Of a stretch of DNA of 55,108 nt, positions 48,299 to 55,108 are shown piece after piece; the first letter of the stretch is position 1, and each line of letters opens with the position of its first letter. Made by a program: the position numbers and the translations under genes. The notes under the pieces were generated by a model, which made no database searches, was not told the DNA's origin, and saw only the letters and a list, made by a program, of their open reading frames with translations. Source of the DNA: Nanobdellota archaeon (GTDB lineage Archaea; Nanobdellota; Nanobdellia; SCGC-AAA011-G17; JACPNG01); the NCBI GenBank assembly GCA_038046345.1, contig JBBSWJ010000011.1:1-55108 (forward strand), read 5' to 3'.

Positions 48299-48984
48299 TC
48301 TAAATTCTTTTTATCTCTTATAACAGTAGACTTCTTACTTTGTTCTATTATCCCTTTAAGCTTTTGCTCAAACTGTTTTGCAGCTGTAAGCAATGGCTTT
48401 GGATCAACTTTTAATCCGAGATAATTATCAAGAGTTTCAATTATCTTTGCAGCAGCCATACTATCTGCTACCTGCATACTACTCTCAACAAAGAAACAAG
48501 TTTTTTTAGGAGCTTTAGTAATAATAGCACCAGTAACACCCATGACTATCCCTTCTTTAAGAGGCAACAATTTTAATTCGTTCATTTTCTTTTTTTGAGA
48601 TTCAATATCAGTATAGTAAAAAACATTTGTTGTACCAGAATTAGACATAATCCCCTCAACACTAATCAGCTCTTTTGCCTGTAATATTTTTGAAAGAACG
48701 ATAAGCATTTCAGCAACCTTCCACTCCAGCCCCTGCATACTGGCAAGAGCATGAACAATTACAATATTATATTTTTTAGAATAATAAATGCTCAACGGTT
48801 CAATTATATTACCATCGTGGACGGCAGTAATTGGCATGAATTCATCACTCATAACTTTGCCTATCTTTTCAGCTTTAAGATGTTGAATTAGAAACTCAGT
48901 AGCAATACTCCCAACAAGCCCAAACCCTGGAAACCCCTCAATAATCACAGCATTTTTTGGTTTCTTGGTTAAAATAATATTCAT
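48286..48984 (-). CDS. PAC2-family proteasome assembly chaperone-like protein
   Basis: IEGFPGFGLVGSIA, GIVMGVTG, DSMAAA..I..L..YLG..VD...L...A..FE. Confidence 0.9.
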   Translation of the reverse strand: MNIILTKKPKNAVIIEGFPGFGLVGSIATEFLIQHLKAEKIGKVMSDEFMPITAVHDGNIIEPLSIYYSKKYNIVIVHALASMQGLEWKVAEMLIVLSKILQAKELISVEGIMSNSGTTNVFYYTDIESQKKKMNELKLLPLKEGIVMGVTGAIITKAPKKTCFFVESSMQVADSMAAAKIIETLDNYLGLKVDPKPLLTAAKQFEQKLKGIIEQSKKSTVIRDKKNLDYLG

Positions 48985-49099
48985 GGGATTAGTTTTGATA
49001 AGAGGTTTAAATAGTTTTTGATTAAAACCACAAGAAAAAGAACAGGTTTGTACTTTTGGTTGGAGAAAGTCTTAAATATTGACCCACCTAAATAACAAA

Positions 49100-49309
49100 A
49101 TGGTAAAAAGGATACTGCCCTTAGCAGCAATGGAATCATTATTAAAACATAGAGCTAACGCCGTAAGGGTTTCTGAATCAGCTAAAGAAGCATTAAGAGA
49201 GATCTTAGAAGAAATAGCAGAAGAAATAGGAGAAAAAGCTGTAAAAATGGCCGCTCATGCAAGCAGAAAAACGGTAAAGGGCGATGATATCAAACTAGCT
49301 GCAAAATAA
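49100..49309 (+). CDS. Archaeal histone
   Basis: LPLAAM..LL, RVSESAKEAL, A.HA.RKTVK.DDI.LA histone fold. Confidence 0.93.
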   Translation: MVKRILPLAAMESLLKHRANAVRVSESAKEALREILEEIAEEIGEKAVKMAAHASRKTVKGDDIKLAAK

Positions 49310-49312
49310 TAA

Positions 49313-49978
49313 TTATACTCTCAGTGGAAAATCTTTTTCTGAAATCACTCCATCAATTGTAATTCTTCTTGTAATTGTTCCTACCCTAAGCGCTGAATCA
49401 CGAGTAAGTTCAATCTTGGTATTAGTAGGCATGATTAGTTCTTTAATGTGATAAACGTGTGTAATACTCAATTCTTTAAAGTCTGTTGTTACATCCCACG
49501 CAAATTCACTCAATAATCTTACTGGCAGAGATGCGCTACAAAAATTATCCTTAACCCTACCACCTGGTTTGGGTAAGCTCTTTCCTACTGAAATTTTTAG
49601 GTTATCTGCGGTGATACATAAAAGCAAGGAACATGTCTTAAAATTATTAAAGATTTCATGAAGATCATCCACATCCGTGTTTAGTTCAGCTATGTAATGT
49701 TTGCCTTTCTTAATCATCTCATGCTCTATATTCAGTTTTGAAGAGAAATCATAAGAAGCAATTATCTTACCTTTAATATTTATCTTTCCAGAAGCATGTT
49801 CAGCTGCAATTCCAACAAGGTCATTAGCAAAATCAAAGCTAGTTTTAACTTTGATATCATTTTTTGATTTTTTAATCTTAATCAATGCTCTCTCATAATC
49901 CCCTTTTCCATAACGAGCTAAATGTTTATGAGCAAGAGCGTCTGGTTTTCCTTCAATAATATTTTTTATGAAAATCAT
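49313..49978 (-). CDS. Conserved hypothetical protein
   Basis: 221 aa ORF with natural composition; no family recognised. Confidence 0.7.
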   Translation of the reverse strand: MIFIKNIIEGKPDALAHKHLARYGKGDYERALIKIKKSKNDIKVKTSFDFANDLVGIAAEHASGKINIKGKIIASYDFSSKLNIEHEMIKKGKHYIAELNTDVDDLHEIFNNFKTCSLLLCITADNLKISVGKSLPKPGGRVKDNFCSASLPVRLLSEFAWDVTTDFKELSITHVYHIKELIMPTNTKIELTRDSALRVGTITRRITIDGVISEKDFPLRV

Positions 49979-50095
49979 AAGTTACTAACCTCTATGGAAA
50001 AACCATTAAAATTACAATATTTAACTATTCCTATTCTTGTTTTTAGATATTTTTAAACAAAGATTAATAAATGCTGTTCAAGTAAAAACCTATAA

Positions 50096-50168
50096 AGCCC
50101 TGTAGTCTAGTGGTCAAGGATAGCAGACTCTGGATCTGTTGACGGAGGTTCAAATCCTCCCGGGGCTA
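50096..50168 (+). tRNA. tRNA-Gln(CTG)
   Basis: A1:U72 acceptor AGCCCTG/CGGGGCT; anticodon arm GCAGA-CTCTGGA-TCTGT. Confidence 0.93.
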
Positions 50169-50169
50169 C

Positions 50170-50244
50170 GCTCCGGTAGTCTAGCTCGGTCAAGGATGAT
50201 AGCCTCTCGCGCTATAGACCCGAGTTCAAATCTCGGCCGGAGCA
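50170..50244 (+). tRNA. tRNA-Glu(CTC)
   Basis: GCTCCGG/CCGGAGC, A73; anticodon arm ATAGC-CTCTCGC-GCTAT; one base after tRNA-Gln. Confidence 0.93.
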
Positions 50245-50426
50245 TACTTATTAAGGGTATCAAACATGGATAGTACAATAAATTTATAGCATTTTTTTGT
50301 AGTAGAGATATTATTAAATGGGTGTATTTCTCCAAAACTTATGCGAGTTTCAAAGGTAAAATTAGTTGATGTAGAACATTCAACTACTTATGACGCAGAA
50401 AGTTAACCCTAAGCTGACCAAAGTTT

Positions 50427-50454
50427 TATATACTTCATGTATATACTGTATATA
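50427..50454. promoter_or_regulatory. Overlapping inverted repeats upstream of TA operon (putative operator/TATA region)
   Basis: TATATAC-N5-GTATATA (50427-50445) and TATATAC-T-GTATATA (50440-50454), ending 10 nt before antitoxin ATG. Confidence 0.55.
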
Positions 50455-50464
50455 GGTATAACAC

Positions 50465-50698
50465 ATGGTACAAGCAATGATACAAATATCTGATAAAGCA
50501 AATCAAATCCTAAATATTGTCAAAGCTAAATATGGTCTCAAAGATAAATCTAATGCTATTGAAAAAGTTGTTATTGAATTTGGTGAGGATTTTCTTGAGC
50601 CACAATTACGTCCTGAATTCATCCAAAAAATGAAAGAACGGCAAAAAGAAAAAACAATTAAAGTCAAATACTTCCGAAAACATTTTGGGCTAAAATAA
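50465..50698 (+). CDS. Antitoxin, DUF2683/RelB-like
   Basis: MVQAMIQISD.AN.ILNIVKAKYGLKDKS.AI...L.P.LRPEFI; directly upstream of RelE-like gene. Confidence 0.8.
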   Translation: MVQAMIQISDKANQILNIVKAKYGLKDKSNAIEKVVIEFGEDFLEPQLRPEFIQKMKERQKEKTIKVKYFRKHFGLK

Positions 50699-50699
50699 A

Positions 50700-50966
50700 A
50701 TGCCCTATCAATATGAGTTTAGGGAAAGTGTAGAAAAGAGTTTACAAAAATTAGCTAAGAAAAATCCTAAACAACTTTTAATCATTGAAAAGAAAATAGA
50801 AGAGATAATTGAAAACCCTCAACGTTATAAAAATTTACGAGTACCACTTCAGAATTGGAAACGTGTGCATATTGATAGAAGTTTTGTTCTAGTTTTTTCT
50901 GTTGATGAAGCCAAAAAAATAATAACTTTTGAGGATTATGATCATCATGACAAGATTTATATATAG
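50700..50966 (+). CDS. RelE/ParE/YafQ-family toxin
   Basis: Y.YEF.ESVEK.LQKL, NPQRYKNLR.PL...KRVHI..SFVLVF..DHHDKIY. Confidence 0.85.
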   Translation: MPYQYEFRESVEKSLQKLAKKNPKQLLIIEKKIEEIIENPQRYKNLRVPLQNWKRVHIDRSFVLVFSVDEAKKIITFEDYDHHDKIYI

Positions 50967-51014
50967 ATAACTTACCAAATAAAAGTATTAAAATATCAGC
51001 TAGAGGTTAAAAAT

Positions 51015-51452
51015 ATGAAAGGAAAACTATTTGTAATTCTTGTTATTGGCGTGATATTCCTTTTAGGATGCAGTCAAACCAGTAAAAAACTTGTTGATAT
51101 CCAGAAAGAAGTAAAAGAAAATTCGGATAAAGAATTAAAAAGTGCTATGAACGATTCTTCTAACAAAAAAATTTTTGAAATTACTGGTGAAAATTTTAAG
51201 TTTATTGTTGACGGTAAAGAAAATCCTGATATCAGAGTAAAAGAAGGAGATATTGTGCGTATTGAGCTTAAAAGTATATTAGGCGTTCATGATTGGACTG
51301 TTGATGAACTATCAGCAGCTACTCAGAAAATATCAGCTGGAAACTCTGCCGAGATAGAATTTGTTGCGGATAAAAAAGGTTCCTTCAAATATTATTGCAG
51401 TGTGGGAGATCATAGACAAGCAGGTATGGAAGGAAATTTTATTGTCGAGTAA
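51015..51452 (+). CDS. Cupredoxin-domain lipoprotein
   Basis: Lipobox LLGC; type-1 Cu ligands HDW and YYCSVGDHRQAGM. Confidence 0.88.
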   Translation: MKGKLFVILVIGVIFLLGCSQTSKKLVDIQKEVKENSDKELKSAMNDSSNKKIFEITGENFKFIVDGKENPDIRVKEGDIVRIELKSILGVHDWTVDELSAATQKISAGNSAEIEFVADKKGSFKYYCSVGDHRQAGMEGNFIVE

Positions 51453-51603
51453 ATATTCTTAGTTTTTAGGGGGTTGTAATCAAATAACACATGTCAACAG
51501 ATAAATATTTATTGCAAGCACCCCAAAAAATTATAGCTGTCTCTAAATAGTAGTGATAATAGAAATGTTTAAATAGCATTGTTAGAATTATATGTAAATT
51601 AAA

Positions 51604-51945
51604 ATGCGCACTCAATATCAAAGTTTAGAACAAAGAACTAAAGATATACCAAGAGTACGAGCAGGAATGTACTTACTTTATGCAATGGACAAAGAAGGAT
51701 TTGAAGTTATTACACCAGAATTAGACGGAGATGATTATTTCTTCCATAATGGTTTATACCCCACTTCAACTCGCTGGATACCTAAGACTGATACAACGGT
51801 TCATGTGTGGATGCATTTTGATCATAGCCTAGGATATTCAGGTGCATCTAAAATATTAAAAAAAATGTTACGGGATATAACCGGAGAAATGAAATTCTTA
51901 AAGGCATGGAATATGAATGCTAGTTTGATAATTGATGCATGTTGA
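51604..51945 (+). CDS. Hypothetical protein
   Basis: 113 aa ORF, no family recognised. Confidence 0.55.
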   Translation: MRTQYQSLEQRTKDIPRVRAGMYLLYAMDKEGFEVITPELDGDDYFFHNGLYPTSTRWIPKTDTTVHVWMHFDHSLGYSGASKILKKMLRDITGEMKFLKAWNMNASLIIDAC

Positions 51946-52075
51946 GCTATTCATTCTTGTATTCAATCTTCCAAAGTAATATATAAATTTTTATAGTGTT
52001 GTACCAACGCTATTTTTTAGATAAATATTTAAAGCTCTTTTTAGTATACTTTATCAATAAAACTTAGGAGGAAAA

Positions 52076-52285
52076 ATGGCAGATAAAAACACAGCATTAA
52101 TACTTTCAATACTTTTAGGCTATCTTGGAGTAGACAGGTTTTATTTGGGAAAAATAGGTACAGGCATACTTAAGCTGTTACTGACGGCTGTTTATGGCGC
52201 TGGATTAATATGGTGGGTTGTTGATATATTTCTTATAGCAACAGATAAGATGACCGATAAAAATGGAAAACCATTAAAAAAATAA
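52076..52285 (+). CDS. TM2-domain membrane protein
   Basis: LLG.LGVDRFYLGKIGTGILKL..G..WW.VD; GGAGG SD. Confidence 0.9.
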   Translation: MADKNTALILSILLGYLGVDRFYLGKIGTGILKLLLTAVYGAGLIWWVVDIFLIATDKMTDKNGKPLKK

Positions 52286-52340
52286 CTTTTCTTCCGATAG
52301 TACAGAAACATATATAAGAGCACTAGCTGTTTTTAAGACA

Positions 52341-54290
52341 ATGAAAAAACAACGAAGGTTAATCACAGCAGCACTGCCGTACGTCAATAATATACCACAT
52401 ATTGGTAACCTAGTTGGAAGCCACTTACCAGCAGATATATTTGCAAGATATTGCAGGCTAGCAGGATTTGAAACAGTTTTAATAGGCGGAACGGATGATC
52501 ATGGAACTGCAATGGAAGTTGCAGCATTAAAGGAAGGAACAACACCGAGAGAAATAGCAAAAAAATATTATAAGATTCACAAAGAAATCAATGATTGGCT
52601 AAAGATTAGTTATGATAATTTTTCAAGAACAAGCAAAAAGATACATCATGAAAACGTAAAAAGTTTTTTTATAACTTTACATAAAAATGGATACCTAATA
52701 GAAAAAGAATTAACTTTGCCGTACATAGAATCAAAAAAATTATTCTTAGCTGACAGATACGTAGAAGGAACATGCCCAAAATGCGGATATAAACAAGCAA
52801 GAGGAGATCAATGTGAGAGCTGCAGCAAATTATTAGATCCAACAGATTTAATTAACCCAATAGCACCATTGTTTGGAGATGAAAAAATAATCTTCAAAAA
52901 CCAAAAACATTTATTCTTTGATCTAACCAAATTATCAGCCAGACTAAAACAATGGATTGAATCAAATAAACATTGGAGAGACACAGTACGCAGTATAGGA
53001 TTAGCATGGATAAAAGAAGGGTTAAAACCAAGATGCATTACAAGAGATCTAAAATGGGGCATATCAGTACCAATAAAAGGGTATGAACATTTGAAGTTTT
53101 ATGTATGGGCAGAAGCAGCAATAGGATATATATCATCAACACTTGAATGGAATAAAAAAAAATCAGATAAATTCTGGAAAAATAAAGAATCAAGAATATA
53201 CCATTTTATAGGCAAGGATAACATTCCATTTCATAATATTTTTTTTCCAGCGGAATTATTAGCACATGGTGGTTATAACCTCCCATACAATGTAGTAGGA
53301 TTACAATACTTAAATTATGAATCAGGAAAATTCTCAAAAAGTGAAAACAGGGGAGTGTTTTGTGAAAACTTACCAACAGCAGGTTTATCGCCAGACTATT
53401 GGAGATTTTATCTATCCACATTAATTCCAGAAAATAAAGACACAAACTTTTCATGGGATGAACTTCAAAAAAGAATAAACAATGAGCTCATAGCAAATTT
53501 TGGTAACTTTGTAAACAGGACTTTAACATTTGTTAATAATAACTTTGATGGTAAGATAACAAAACCAAAGAAAAGAGATATTGAGTTTGAGAACGATGTG
53601 AAAAAACATTGCGATGAAGTAAGAAAACATTTTGAAAACGTAGAATTAAGAGACGCGTTAGCTTCGGTGTTGAAACTGTCTAGTTATGGAAATATCTACT
53701 TTGACAAGAAACAACCATGGAAAACAAAAGACAAAGACACCTTATTTTATTGCGTTAACCTATGCAATGACCTAGCACTATTGATACAACCATTCCTACC
53801 TGACACATCTAAAAAAATCTTAAATACTATCAACTCAAAAAGCAAGACATGGGATGACTTAGCAAGATTTAAAGTAATAGGAAAAATTAAAAAACCAGAG
53901 TTATTATTTAAAAAACTAGAAAAAGAGGACATAATCAGATTAACTGAAAAAACATCAACATGTAAGAAGATGGTAACAATAGAAGATTTCAAAAAACTTG
54001 AATTAAGAATAGGGAAAGTAATATTAGTATCAGATCATCCGAAAGCAGACAATCTATATATATTACAAGTAGACATTGGTAATGAAAAACGGCAGATTGT
54101 TGCAGGATTAAAAAAGTACTACAAGAAAGATGAAATAAAAGGAATGAACATAATAATTGTTGCAAACCTCAAACCAGCAGTGCTAAGGGGCGTTGAAAGT
54201 AATGGAATGTTATTAGCAGCAGAAAAAGATGGAAATGTTGTTATACTCACATCAGATAAGGATATCAAAGCAGGAGCAGAGATAAGATAA
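52341..54290 (+). CDS. metG: Methionyl-tRNA synthetase with C-terminal tRNA-binding OB domain
   Basis: ALPYVN..PHIGN, Zn knuckle CPKC..CESC, ITRDLKWG, FIGKDN, KFSKS, HPKADNL..RQIVAG..SNGMLLA. Confidence 0.97.
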   Translation: MKKQRRLITAALPYVNNIPHIGNLVGSHLPADIFARYCRLAGFETVLIGGTDDHGTAMEVAALKEGTTPREIAKKYYKIHKEINDWLKISYDNFSRTSKKIHHENVKSFFITLHKNGYLIEKELTLPYIESKKLFLADRYVEGTCPKCGYKQARGDQCESCSKLLDPTDLINPIAPLFGDEKIIFKNQKHLFFDLTKLSARLKQWIESNKHWRDTVRSIGLAWIKEGLKPRCITRDLKWGISVPIKGYEHLKFYVWAEAAIGYISSTLEWNKKKSDKFWKNKESRIYHFIGKDNIPFHNIFFPAELLAHGGYNLPYNVVGLQYLNYESGKFSKSENRGVFCENLPTAGLSPDYWRFYLSTLIPENKDTNFSWDELQKRINNELIANFGNFVNRTLTFVNNNFDGKITKPKKRDIEFENDVKKHCDEVRKHFENVELRDALASVLKLSSYGNIYFDKKQPWKTKDKDTLFYCVNLCNDLALLIQPFLPDTSKKILNTINSKSKTWDDLARFKVIGKIKKPELLFKKLEKEDIIRLTEKTSTCKKMVTIEDFKKLELRIGKVILVSDHPKADNLYILQVDIGNEKRQIVAGLKKYYKKDEIKGMNIIIVANLKPAVLRGVESNGMLLAAEKDGNVVILTSDKDIKAGAEIR

Positions 54291-54453
54291 TATGGCAAAA
54301 TGCAATCGATGCGGAAATGAATTTGACAATTGGTTTCAAGGAACACACTGGTGCGTACACTGTGGAATGCAATTTATAACAGAAAGCAATAAACCAAAAG
54401 AAAAAGCATGATACTAAAAAAGCTTTTAAAGAACTATTTCTGATAAAAACCAT

Positions 54454-54573
54454 GGGCCTGTGGCTTAGCCTGGCTAGAGCACATAAATGTTAGTTTCATC
54501 TACATTTAGCTCAATCGACTGATAACGCCAGTCAGATATCGAGAGGTCCGGAGTTCGAATCTCCGCAGGCCCA
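54454..54573 (+). tRNA. tRNA-Ile(GAT) with two introns (27/28: 54483-54514; 37/38: 54525-54537)
   Basis: Removing 32+13 nt gives a 75-nt cloverleaf with CTCGA-CTGATAA-TCGAG anticodon arm; acceptor GGGCCTG/CAGGCCC; BHB-type folds at both introns. Confidence 0.92.
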
Positions 54574-54630
54574 TTTTTTATTTTGAAAAGAGAATGTTAA
54601 TGAAATGAGAGAATAAACAGTTAGTTCTAA

Positions 54631-55107
54631 TTAATTGATTATAAAGTTATCAAAATCAAGATGTCCTGTAGCATAACTATTGGTATAGAATCCCACCCAT
54701 AATTCATATCCCCCTGCAGGATTATTTAGTGGTATGCCTGTTATTACTTGATCCCCTGTTTCAGAAGTACTTACAGATTCTATTCTATTATCATATAAAG
54801 ACACCACCACATCCCATCTTCCTGGCTCTTCTGGATTTATTACATCAAGAATACATCTAGAACATTCCTGCCCAACTATTAATACAAGATTATGATGCCC
54901 ACCACCAGGAGTTGGGTTTATCAATTCATACTCAATGGTATTTCCATCAACAAAAAGTCTTGTTGGTACTAAGTAAGTTCTAGTGTCCATTCCTTGGTCT
55001 TGTTGTGTATGGAATACATAACTTCCATGCTCTTGTCTTACATCGTGTTCTTCTGCTAATGGTTGCCCTTCTGGGTCTTGTCTTATCTCCCATATTTCTG
55101 GATCAAG
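54631..55107 (-). CDS. Beta-sandwich (ConA/lectin-like) protein, 5' end outside window
   Basis: Frame stays open from 54990 to the window edge; beta-rich, ends HLDFDNFIIN. Confidence 0.6.
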   Translation of the reverse strand, partial: LDPEIWEIRQDPEGQPLAEEHDVRQEHGSYVFHTQQDQGMDTRTYLVPTRLFVDGNTIEYELINPTPGGGHHNLVLIVGQECSRCILDVINPEEPGRWDVVVSLYDNRIESVSTSETGDQVITGIPLNNPAGGYELWVGFYTNSYATGHLDFDNFIIN

Positions 55108-55108
55108 A

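Noticed and set aside
50150-50335. ORFs overlapping tRNA-Gln/Glu (50150..50335) and tRNA-Asn (39501..39722)
   Set aside because: Antisense read-through of tRNA genes.
50341-50406. 21-aa ORF and TAGTTGA/TCAACTA hairpin upstream of the TA operon
   Set aside because: Too short, no motif or SD; the hairpin alone does not support a type I TA or sRNA call.
50221-52340. att-site duplication of a tRNA 3' end marking an integrated element
   Set aside because: No second copy of the tRNA-Glu, tRNA-Asn or tRNA-Lys 3' end was found downstream by eye.
1-55108. Many short antisense or overlapping ORFs in the track (e.g. 3322..3516, 10436..10975, 19808..20131, 28258..28668, 32833..33429, 43252..43692)
   Set aside because: They shadow well-supported genes or tRNAs on the other strand or frame, and show Ser/Phe/Leu-rich mirror composition with no motifs.
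1-55108. CRISPR array, rRNA, IS element or prophage
   Set aside because: No regularly spaced repeats, no long GC-rich structured RNA, and no transposase, integrase or virion gene recognised.

Overview
AT-rich archaeal chromosome segment (TBP, archaeal histone, MCM, RFC S/L, Topo VI A/B, aIF1A/aIF2-beta, Dph2, deoxyhypusine synthase, BHB-intron tRNAs). Gene content and style fit a DPANN archaeon, probably Woesearchaeota/Pacearchaeota-like (inference). It is mostly housekeeping: four aminoacyl-tRNA synthetases plus MetRS, seven tRNA genes, and a replication/translation-factor operon. No rRNA gene, CRISPR array, integrase or transposase was seen. Main non-obvious observations: (1) a convergent gene pair at 15112-15903, a membrane-anchored putative RNase-toxin domain and a putative immunity protein, each broken by one missing base at a short homopolymer and both missed or mis-translated by the ORF track; (2) an ArmA/RmtB/FmrO-like 16S rRNA m7G1405 methyltransferase inside the ribosome-biogenesis operon; (3) tRNA-Ala(GGC) with a 13-nt intron at 43/44 and tRNA-Ile(GAT) with two introns (27/28, 37/38), all with traceable BHB folds; (4) a HIT gene whose stop codon lies inside tRNA-Met; (5) MCM with two inteins; (6) an unannotated 39-aa CCxxGCxxC protein; (7) a fold-III decarboxylase coupled to deoxyhypusine synthase. 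Family assignments come from motif recognition, not database searches.
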